NCBI GenBank assembly: GCA_003345555.1
Contig: PRDJ01000042.1
Location: 1 to 32,000, forward strand
Direction of reading: 5' to 3'
From: Candidatus Thorarchaeota archaeon
Lineage (GTDB): Archaea > Asgardarchaeota > Thorarchaeia > Thorarchaeales > Thorarchaeaceae
DNA length: 32,000 nucleotides
Shown: positions 9,019 to 16,542 of the stretch, piece by piece
How positions within the stretch are numbered: position 1 is the first letter of the stretch
How the letters are laid out: every line of letters begins with the position of its first letter
Notes under the pieces: generated by a model
The model's input: only the letters and a program-made list of their open reading frames with translations
Told to the model about the DNA's origin: nothing
The model's database searches: none
Program-made: the position numbers and the translations under genes

Positions 9019-9189
9019 GATGCACTATCTCGCATGAAGGGATTGCGTCCAGGCCGAGCCTTGGCATTCAACCTGTGCCTGTGAAATCTGTACGCGAGCC
9101 ATCCATCGAAGTCTATCTTATGCTTTTTTGTTGATTGAATATGGCTGGACCGGTGCTCTAGGAGACTCGAACAAGTGGTGGCTCGCCGT

Positions 9190-11622
9190 TCATGTTCTCT
9201 TTCTGAGGAATACAAAGACAACCAAGACTGCAAGAATCGCTCCGGCCCCTGCAATTCCAAGAATCAATGGCCATGAGTCAGCTGGCGTGGTGGATGTAAT
9301 CGCATTACTTACGATGTGGTAGGTTCCCCCATTGATTACGAAGGAATTCCCGAGCACGTCGTTCAGCAGGATTTGGAAGGTCACATTGACACCCGGCGAA
9401 TACGGACCGAGCGTTATGCCGTATCCCTCACCATCGTAGGCAAGGTTTGCTGTATGCGCCGTGCCGTTGTTATAGCTGATCTTGGCGCTAGCGATCATTA
9501 GGTTGTCTCTAGAACGAACCAACAGCTTGATGGCAAGAGCTGATCCTTCGGTGCTGTTGATAGCCTGTACTGTCATGCTTGAGATAATGCCGCCCATTTG
9601 GATGACCACAGGGTTCGGCTTTTCTGTTGTGTTGAAATCATGGAGGTTCAACATCACTTTGGTGTATCCGAAAGAGGAAGCAGTACCCGTCAGATCAGTA
9701 ACATGTGTTGAATTCGGACCTGCTATGACTTCGGTTGATGGATCGTCAAATGCGAGGGCGGTGTTTACAAAGGGGGTCGCATTCAGCTCCACACCATAAC
9801 CGAGCCTATTCTCAAGCTTAATTGAAAGTGCAACGCTGCTGCTAGGAGTCATGACACCCAAGTTAGGCGCTGTTGTGTTGAGGTCGAGCCCTGTTACCGA
9901 CGGCAATAGAGCATCGTGTGTTGCTTCGAGTGCAGCTGACGGGTTCCACCAGTCCATCGCCGACTCTGCTTTCTGCAGATACATCCTTGAAAGCCCGAGT
10001 TTCAAGCCTCCGCTTTCAAGCGACTCGATTTGGTTTCGAGTGTCGGTGATTGCGGTTTCCGCTTGGTCCCAAATGTCAAGGAATCTGTCGACCCAGACTC
10101 CTTGTCCGAATATCATGTTGTTACGTAGGTCGAGTACCACTATTCTCCGGTTGACTAGTGCATCAGCCACATCTGCGCCAGATACGGTGCCATTCGGTCC
10201 AGTTGGATTCTGGACGAACACGACGTCTCTGATATATCCCACTCCATTCGCAGAATGGCTATCTGAAGCTCCATAGAAAGACCTGAAATAACAGTACTCC
10301 CCGGATGCCTGGAAGTATCCATCATTGGTGACCTCGAAGGCGTCATATCCGTACGTATCGAATGCTAGCCACACGGGTATGTACGCGGAGTCCATCGTGG
10401 GATGTGACAGTCCTGCGATTCCTCCTTGCGCATGAATCGCATTGACTCCCGTCTGCTGGTCAGTTGTGTAGATGTCTTCGGTTAGAGGAAAGCCTATCGT
10501 GTGCAAGATGCTGGATAGTTCCGCACCGATAATAATCGGGCAATCCAATTCATATGTCTGAGCATAACTTCTGGCTGCAAGAGCGCCGAGTGTGCCCTCG
10601 TAGCCTACGACCATGTGGCTATGATCGGTCAGAACAAAATAGTCGAGGCTGGTGCGCAGGGCAGCCACAGTCATGGCGTCTGGAGTGTCTCCGCCATCGC
10701 TGTAAGTAGTATGTTCGTGAATTGCCCCGTTGAATAGAGTGTAATTGCTCAGCTCCGAGCTATTCATGGAAGGTCCTGAGCCGATTCTGAATATGGCTAT
10801 CTCAGGTGGCTCTACGATTCTGTGTGGGTTGCCCACTAGCCAATCGATCATATTCAGAGTGAGCTGGAAATGATCATTCGGGTTCAGCTGCCAACCGCCA
10901 TCGTGGCGATATTGGACGACTGGTGCAGGAGAGCCTACGGCGACCACCTTTCCGCTGCCGGACTGCGCCACTGCCAAAGCGCTCGCACCGTTTATGATGC
11001 CTATAGTAGTTGCGGGGCTAGTCACAGTGAGAGAGCAACCCCAGACTTCATCACATTTGGAGTGAAATGACTGGACATCCTCTGTCACCGGGTGGTCTAG
11101 GATTTGACCGCTACTACGGTATGCTCTTCCCACCACCCTGTTTAGGTTGAAGGTGATGTTGTAGGCTTGGGAGACCGGGTTTAGATTCGCGGGCGTATAC
11201 TTCCAGCCGGAGGTTGTGTATTCAATACCCACTAGGAGGAGTCCGCCGCCGCTGTCCACGAAATTGTGAACTGCGGTCACTTCACCTTCCGTTAGAGCTA
11301 TCATTGGGAAGACCAAGCAAAGAACTTGATAATTGAGCAGAATGCCGCTATCGAGCGAGTAATCCCAGTTCGTAGTCACATTGTATCCATACTCTGCTAG
11401 AATCCAACCGAACATGGATGCATTGCCCGGAGTCCACATATCAGAGCCGCGGTCAATGTGAGACTCATCACAGAGCACTTTCGCACTCGCGAAGTCGACA
11501 GCGACTTGGTTTGCTGCCTGCGGTGCCCCACATGATGAGGGAATACCCAATGGCGTAACCGGCCAAAGACTCAGCGATGATACCAGAAACAAAACGACGA
11601 TAGGGACTCCGATTTTGATCAT
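9190..11622 (-). CDS. Secreted, C-terminally anchored PHP-family metallohydrolase (CehA/McbA-like) with an N-terminal GATase-like (DUF4350/GIFT-type) domain
   Basis: Hydrophobic signal (IGVPIVVLFLVSSLSL). VLCDESH...FP...LTEGEV.AVHNFVDSGGGLLLVG. PHP motifs IHEHTTYSDG, LTDHSH, GAE, LSHP, FEVTN, GASDSHS. C-terminal TM WPLILGIAGAGAILAVLVVFVFLRKR. Confidence 0.85.
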   Translation of the reverse strand: MIKIGVPIVVLFLVSSLSLWPVTPLGIPSSCGAPQAANQVAVDFASAKVLCDESHIDRGSDMWTPGNASMFGWILAEYGYNVTTNWDYSLDSGILLNYQVLCLVFPMIALTEGEVTAVHNFVDSGGGLLLVGIEYTTSGWKYTPANLNPVSQAYNITFNLNRVVGRAYRSSGQILDHPVTEDVQSFHSKCDEVWGCSLTVTSPATTIGIINGASALAVAQSGSGKVVAVGSPAPVVQYRHDGGWQLNPNDHFQLTLNMIDWLVGNPHRIVEPPEIAIFRIGSGPSMNSSELSNYTLFNGAIHEHTTYSDGGDTPDAMTVAALRTSLDYFVLTDHSHMVVGYEGTLGALAARSYAQTYELDCPIIIGAELSSILHTIGFPLTEDIYTTDQQTGVNAIHAQGGIAGLSHPTMDSAYIPVWLAFDTYGYDAFEVTNDGYFQASGEYCYFRSFYGASDSHSANGVGYIRDVVFVQNPTGPNGTVSGADVADALVNRRIVVLDLRNNMIFGQGVWVDRFLDIWDQAETAITDTRNQIESLESGGLKLGLSRMYLQKAESAMDWWNPSAALEATHDALLPSVTGLDLNTTAPNLGVMTPSSSVALSIKLENRLGYGVELNATPFVNTALAFDDPSTEVIAGPNSTHVTDLTGTASSFGYTKVMLNLHDFNTTEKPNPVVIQMGGIISSMTVQAINSTEGSALAIKLLVRSRDNLMIASAKISYNNGTAHTANLAYDGEGYGITLGPYSPGVNVTFQILLNDVLGNSFVINGGTYHIVSNAITSTTPADSWPLILGIAGAGAILAVLVVFVFLRKRT

Positions 11623-11753
11623 CTACGATACCCTTCGGCCGTTAAGGGATGAATAACCAAATGATAAGGAATTCGCCCTGAGGCGTACTAGCTGTCCTTG
11701 AGAAGACTAGGTATAGCAAGCTGGGTCAGAGGGACGCACTCCAATTCCTTTCT

Positions 11754-12005
11754 CTAAGATTCCTCTTCCTGCTCTGTCTCTTCTTCGAGCTCTTCGGGTT
11801 CTGGCTTCTCAGCCCTCTTGGGCTTCTGCTTCGCATCTTCCTGTGGAGCCTCTGCCGCGGCAGCGACGGTCTTTCTCTTCATCGCCCAGAACTCTGTCTT
11901 AGCATCGCGAAGCTTCCGCTTACGTCTCATATCGGCTTGCTGTGGGTTCTGTGTCTTCCTGAGCCGAGACATGTCGCGTTTCACGGCTTTCAGCTTGTTT
12001 ACCAT
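11754..12005 (-). CDS. Small charge-polarised hypothetical protein (83 aa)
   Basis: ATG 12005 with GAGGT immediately upstream and GGTGA further up. Basic N-half (KRDMSRLRK..RRKRKLR), acidic C-tail (EPEELEEETEQEEES). Confidence 0.6.
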   Translation of the reverse strand: MVNKLKAVKRDMSRLRKTQNPQQADMRRKRKLRDAKTEFWAMKRKTVAAAAEAPQEDAKQKPKRAEKPEPEELEEETEQEEES

Positions 12006-12170
12006 GACCTCGTCACCGTCGTCATTATCTGCGATGCGGCTGGGGTCACCTGTTATAACTATGTCGGAGATTTCAGGGTGACAGCTGGGGGGCAAGCCTT
12101 TTTCTCTGAGACCTCGTAGTCAGAGCAGAGATTCCCCTTTGGATACGAGACTCGAGGTGCCAATTGATAC

Positions 12171-12704
12171 ATGAACAAGACTGGAAAACTGGAGGAGGTC
12201 AGCATCCGGGTCCGCCTAGGAAAGGAGATTCTCGAACGGATTGACGTGCTCGTGGGCAGCAATGGACGCCAGAAGTTCATCAGAGATGCTGTCGTGTCAA
12301 GGCTTGACGAGGATATCCCACCTGTCATGCTTGAGATGATCGATGACATCGACGGTCTGAAGGCGCGAGTCGCCCATCTTGAGAGAATCCAATCCACAAG
12401 CTATTACCTTGGCAAGCTCAGTGATGAAGTCAAGAGTAAGGTTTGTCGTGATGATCTTGATAGAAAGCTGCTGGCATATCTTCTCCAGCACGAAGGAGCC
12501 ACCACACCAGAACTTGCCCAGTCACTCTTGAGTAGCAATGGAAAGCGCCGGACGATTCTCGGTAGGATAGACAAGCTGAATCAGCGGGCTCGCACCATCC
12601 TTGGTGTACGCATACTGGAGCATGAGAGAGGGCTGGTGAAGGGGAAGCGCGGCGCCTGGTGGATAATCCATTCAGAAAAGCTAGTCCAGGTCCGAGATGT
12701 ATAG
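12171..12704 (+). CDS. Putative transcriptional regulator: RHH + coiled coil + winged-helix
   Basis: GAGGTG upstream. VSIRVRLGKEILERIDVLVG..GRQKFIRDAV (RHH-like), MIDDIDGLKARVAHLE (coil), LDRKLLAYLLQHEGATTPELAQ...KRRTILGRIDKL...GAWWI (wHTH-like). Confidence 0.65.
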   Translation: MNKTGKLEEVSIRVRLGKEILERIDVLVGSNGRQKFIRDAVVSRLDEDIPPVMLEMIDDIDGLKARVAHLERIQSTSYYLGKLSDEVKSKVCRDDLDRKLLAYLLQHEGATTPELAQSLLSSNGKRRTILGRIDKLNQRARTILGVRILEHERGLVKGKRGAWWIIHSEKLVQVRDV

Positions 12705-12781
12705 TGTCAAAGAGGTGCTCGTCATTCGCAGGGGAGAGGAATAAAAGTCCTTAAGGAACAGAATCAATCCCGGTCCTCAAC

Positions 12782-12859
12782 GGGCGCGTAGTCTAGCTTG
12801 GACAAGGCACCAGCCTCCGGAGTTGGATGTCGTCGGTTCGAATCCGACCGCGCCCGCCA
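12782..12859 (+). tRNA. trnR-CCG: tRNA-Arg(CCG), intronless, CCA encoded
   Basis: Cloverleaf: acceptor GGGCGCG/CGCGCCC, D arm GTCT/AGGC with G15, G18G19, A20, anticodon stem CCAGC/GTTGG with loop CT-CCG-GA, T arm GTCGG-TTCGAAT-CCGAC, discriminator G plus CCA. Confidence 0.97.
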
Positions 12860-12950
12860 TGTCTCCTTGTCGGCGAGTCACTGCTCTTTTCTCTCGGACT
12901 TTATATTGCATACAAAGGCTGACATTATCTTGAACTGAGAGGTATTGACT

Positions 12951-13160
12951 ATGAGTGCAGTTCAAGAAACCCTCAATCCTGATGAAGTGCTGGTCAGGAG
13001 ATTCACACGATATCTAAATGGGCCGATGGGCAAGGCAGTTCTGCAAGCTTTGAATGAGGGTGAAAGCTTCTTGCTGCAGACGTCTAATCATACATTCAAG
13101 GTGACCAAGAGCAGGGGTCGTGCAGTGGTAGACCTTCTCAGTTCACGCGAATTCTCATAG
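12951..13160 (+). CDS. Small hypothetical protein (69 aa) between the two tRNA-Arg genes
   Basis: GAGGT upstream of ATG 12951 and an AT-rich TTATAT element near 12901. Protein-like composition. No family recognised. Confidence 0.55.
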   Translation: MSAVQETLNPDEVLVRRFTRYLNGPMGKAVLQALNEGESFLLQTSNHTFKVTKSRGRAVVDLLSSREFS

Positions 13161-13238
13161 ATTGCAGGTAGTCATGCTAAACTCATCCACTATCTACTAC
13201 GAAGAGTCTATAAGTCAGACTCATCCCGACTGTCTTTG

Positions 13239-13346
13239 GGGCGCGTAGTCTAGCTTGGACAAGGCACCAGCCTGCGGAGTTGGATGTCGTCGGTTCTCAT
13301 GAGCCGAGTTGCAGCTCATGGCCGAGAAATCCGACCGCGCCCGCCA
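13239..13346 (+). tRNA. trnR-GCG: tRNA-Arg(GCG) with a 30-nt non-canonical intron in the T-loop, CCA encoded
   Basis: Matches the upstream tRNA except anticodon GCG. The T stems are separated by 37 nt instead of 7. Removing 13297-13326 restores GTCGG-TTCAAAT-CCGAC. Confidence 0.92.
13297..13326 (+). other. tRNA intron at position 56/57 with bulge-helix-bulge-type splice motif
   Basis: Central 4-bp helix CGGT(13291-13294)/GCCG(13321-13324), 3-nt bulges TCT (13295-13297) and AGA (13325-13327), perfect 7-bp intron helix CATGAGC/GCTCATG. Cutting after the second nt of each bulge gives exactly a canonical 7-nt T-loop. Confidence 0.88.
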
Positions 13347-13478
13347 TCTCGTCACCAATGGGACCATTGTCTTTTCGAGAAGCTTAAATGGAGCACAGCT
13401 AAAAGGTGAGAAAAGACCCCTGACAGGTCCTGTCCCATATGCGTCCGCCTTACTGACCCGCTTCTGGTGAAACATCCT

Positions 13479-14606
13479 ATGCAGTCCACATCACAGAGAA
13501 TCGAAAGGATTCATCGTACTATGCAGCGGGAAGGTGTCGACGCAATACTTGTAACGCGAAGAACTGATGTACACTACCTCACTGGCTATGAAAGCGTCTC
13601 AGAGAGTCTTCCTGTAGGATCCGTGATTGTCGAAGGCCAGCTTCCATACCTGATCATGCCCGAACTTCAACGTGAAGCCATGGGCCAAGATTCGACCATG
13701 GCAAAGTTGCGTTCTTTCGCTGACGCGCCCTCTGAACACTGGTATCCTAATCATGGGCCGGGCTTCTGGGATTGTATTGACGATATTCTGCGTGAAGCAG
13801 GGGTTCACAGGGGGATGATCGGGCTACAGCACGACTGCCTCTCAATAAGAGAATTCGAATCCCTCAAGTCTGCTTTTCCTGATGCTGGTTTCAAAGACTT
13901 CTCAAGGGCCCTATGGCGTCTCAGGCAGATTAAGGACGCGGCGGAGATTGATGCTATAAGACAAGCAGTGAAAATCGCAGAAATAGGTGTCAGGACTGCG
14001 CTTGAGACAGTAAAGGCAGGCAAGACAGAAGCTCAATGCTCGGTAGATATTGAGGCTGCGATGAGAGGCGCAGGCGGGGAGCTTAGAGGAATCAGGGCTG
14101 CTGTTTTGGCAGGCGGTCACGCACGCTTTCCGTTTGCACAGCCAACGACCGCTAGGGTTAGCAACAGTGAGCTAGTTTTGGTTGATGTCACCGTAAGCCA
14201 TTCCGGATACTTGGCCGAGGTGGCTCGAACCGTGCATGCCGGAAGTCCGTCGACAGTTCAGCGGAAGCTATTCGGCTCAGTATTGGCCACAAATGACGCT
14301 CTGCAAAGCGTGATGGCGCCGGAGACCAAGATATCCGAAGCGGCTACCCAAGCGCTCAAGATTGCTGGAAATGGGTCGCCCGTTCGCGGAGTCATACAGC
14401 CATTGGGCAGTTCAATAGGTCTTGACATAAGGGAGCCACCTTACATATACCAAGAGAGTAAGTCCACTTTCCGGGAGGGTATGGTGTTCTCGGTTCACCC
14501 CACGATATACGAACCGGAAGCAGGGTGCGCGAAGATTGCAGACGTTCTCATGATCACCGGCGAAGGCTGCGAGAGCCTGACTACGATTTCAAAGGAGACG
14601 CTTTAG
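13479..14606 (+). CDS. Xaa-Pro peptidase (M24B)/creatinase-fold protein with degenerate metal site
   Basis: Creatinase-N-like start (RIERIHRTMQREGVDAILVT..TDVHYLTGY), LRQIKDAAEIDAIRQA, and a pita-bread domain (LVDV....GY..EVART, GSSIGLDIREPP, GMVFSVHP.IY, KIAD..MIT..G.E.LT). SD GGTGA favours ATG 13479. Confidence 0.85.
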   Translation: MQSTSQRIERIHRTMQREGVDAILVTRRTDVHYLTGYESVSESLPVGSVIVEGQLPYLIMPELQREAMGQDSTMAKLRSFADAPSEHWYPNHGPGFWDCIDDILREAGVHRGMIGLQHDCLSIREFESLKSAFPDAGFKDFSRALWRLRQIKDAAEIDAIRQAVKIAEIGVRTALETVKAGKTEAQCSVDIEAAMRGAGGELRGIRAAVLAGGHARFPFAQPTTARVSNSELVLVDVTVSHSGYLAEVARTVHAGSPSTVQRKLFGSVLATNDALQSVMAPETKISEAATQALKIAGNGSPVRGVIQPLGSSIGLDIREPPYIYQESKSTFREGMVFSVHPTIYEPEAGCAKIADVLMITGEGCESLTTISKETL

Positions 14607-14607
14607 T

Positions 14608-15132
14608 TCAGGGTCCTACCTGCCACTTTCTGAGTTTCTGAAATACTTGAGCGATAGTCTCTGCTCTCGTTGTGTGCTTGCTTACTTCCTCCCTTGAAAC
14701 CTCTCGTATCTGAGCGGCCGGGGCACCAGAGTTCATACTTCGCGGGGGAATTACCACGTGTGCTGGTACGATGCTTCCAGGAGCAAGCATGACTCCTTCT
14801 CCTAGAGTAGCTCCATCGAAGATAACGCAGCCATCTCCGATGTTTGTATTGTCCCCGATGTACACACCGTGGACTACTGACGCAGTGCCGATGATGGTGA
14901 AGTTGCCGATTATGGTCGGATTGTCTTTCGTGTGAGCATGGATTACGACGCTGTCTTGAACACAAGTGCTCTCCCCTATTCTGACCGAAGCCTGATCACC
15001 ACGGATGACAGCGCCAGGCCAGACGCTTGCCCGTGCTCCTATCTCCACATTTCCTACGATGGTAGCTTGATGGCTCACAAAAGCTGTTGAGTCGATTTTC
15101 GGGAGGCGATCTCCAGAAGGAAGGATGGGCAT
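14608..15132 (-). CDS. Gamma carbonic anhydrase-like / left-handed beta-helix protein
   Basis: PKIDSTAFV...ATIVGNVEIG..ASVWPGAVIRGD, CVQDSVVIH, hexapeptide repeats, GAPAAQIREV. One of the three Zn-binding His appears to be replaced by Thr. Confidence 0.9.
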   Translation of the reverse strand: MPILPSGDRLPKIDSTAFVSHQATIVGNVEIGARASVWPGAVIRGDQASVRIGESTCVQDSVVIHAHTKDNPTIIGNFTIIGTASVVHGVYIGDNTNIGDGCVIFDGATLGEGVMLAPGSIVPAHVVIPPRSMNSGAPAAQIREVSREEVSKHTTRAETIAQVFQKLRKWQVGP

Positions 15133-15210
15133 AACCTCACCTCGTTTATTCTGCCCAAGTGAGGTTCAAGATTCTAATAAACAAAGCTCAGGTTGTCAGA
15201 CGGTTTAGTG

Positions 15211-15579
15211 TTATCCGAGGAGAGCGCGAATCACTTCTTCGTAGTGCCCAGCGGGCCGAAGTCCTATCAGCCTGTCCATCATGATTGCTTTCTTGCCTTT
15301 CGGCCCCGGTGACTCGAACCGAGCAGGTTTGCCCTCGAAATAGACAAGCACGCAGGGTATCGCATTAATGCCATGTTTCATGGCGAACTGGGGATAGTCT
15401 TGAGTGTTAATCTTGACGAATTTCACATCCGGGTTGTCCGCATACTTCTCGGCGAGTCCTTCAAGTATTGGCGCCAAGGCAACGCACGGGCCGCACCAAG
15501 GTGCCCAAGAATCGACAAAGAGGAGTTTCGATTCCTGTATTTCATCCTCAAGGGTCTCCGGGTTTACTTCCTTAACCAC
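15211..15579 (-). CDS. trxA: Thioredoxin (WCGPC)
   Basis: LFVDSWAPWCGPC..LAPILE, FVKINT, GINAIP, DRLIG. Confidence 0.93.
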   Translation of the reverse strand: MVKEVNPETLEDEIQESKLLFVDSWAPWCGPCVALAPILEGLAEKYADNPDVKFVKINTQDYPQFAMKHGINAIPCVLVYFEGKPARFESPGPKGKKAIMMDRLIGLRPAGHYEEVIRALLG

Positions 15580-15732
15580 CCTGCATCACTTAGTCCCAGT
15601 TTCGCCGGGTGGCACATTAAGAACGTTGCTGTCTAGGATAACCGACTGAGTGGTACTCGAAGACGATGAAGACCGTTGCCCTTTGTTGTCCGACGACATC
15701 GTCTTTCTCCCGAGGCGTGGCCAATGCAGGGC

Positions 15733-16299
15733 CTATATCCTCTCGGTCTTTACGGCTAGAGTTGCTCCACAATGAGGGCATCGGACCGAGTCGGGTCCGA
15801 CCCATTCCATCTCTTTCGGATTGATGCTCGCACCACACTTGTAGCATTTCTCAGGCGCCTTCCTGGTGACCATCACCTCCCGCTCTACAGCGACGCCTCC
15901 TTTGGTGGGTGCTGCCCTCATGAAAGTGTTACCCTGAATGGTGCCTGCCAAGTCTCCAGATGCTATCGCCGCGTATAGAACATCGTTAACGAGGGACGCA
16001 GGCCTGCTGCTCATTCGGCTCATCTCGTCTAAGGTCACTCTGTCATAGCCTCTGGCTATTCCGATGATCTTGACTCTCGATATCTCAAGCCGATACTTTC
16101 TCCAAGTGAAGAAAAGGACCGGAACGGAAGCGAGATACATGACGGCAACGACGACGTAGGCCTCCAATCCATAGTACCCATGACCCGTGAGTGTGACATA
16201 TATGAAATTACCCAACAGCAAGGTCGCAAAGGCAAGACCTGCCAAAGAAACTAGGATTAGTGGCAAGAACAGGCAGTAGATTTTCGTACTGCTTGACAT
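15733..16299 (-). CDS. Membrane protein: 2 TM + PCI-like winged helix + C-terminal zinc ribbon
   Basis: Two hydrophobic segments, then YDRVTLDEMSRM..RP...VNDVLYAAIASGDLAGTI, then CYKCG...CPHCG. Start 16299 chosen from GGAGG spacing (track ORF starts at 16335). Confidence 0.7.
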   Translation of the reverse strand: MSSSTKIYCLFLPLILVSLAGLAFATLLLGNFIYVTLTGHGYYGLEAYVVVAVMYLASVPVLFFTWRKYRLEISRVKIIGIARGYDRVTLDEMSRMSSRPASLVNDVLYAAIASGDLAGTIQGNTFMRAAPTKGGVAVEREVMVTRKAPEKCYKCGASINPKEMEWVGPDSVRCPHCGATLAVKTERI

Positions 16300-16542
16300 T
16301 TCCATCCTCCACCGAAATCGAATCAAACGTTGCACATATGATTAAACCATCTAATAACCATAGCGGGATGGTGCAAGCAACGCCGCGACTTGGTCAGCAT
16401 GAGCATTCATGTAGAATACTGCAGCTGAGCTGCCTGCCGGTCCAAACTCTATCCAATGATTCGCCAATCGAGTGAGACGGTGCAAGTCGCACTCTGACAG
16501 CACCCTTATGTAGTTCGCAGGGGAAGGGCTTACGGGAATGCG

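Noticed and set aside
12782-13346. tRNA direct repeats as attL/attR of an integrated element
   Set aside because: Both copies are complete tRNAs with different anticodons. The spacer is only 379 bp and there is no integrase or other mobile gene nearby.
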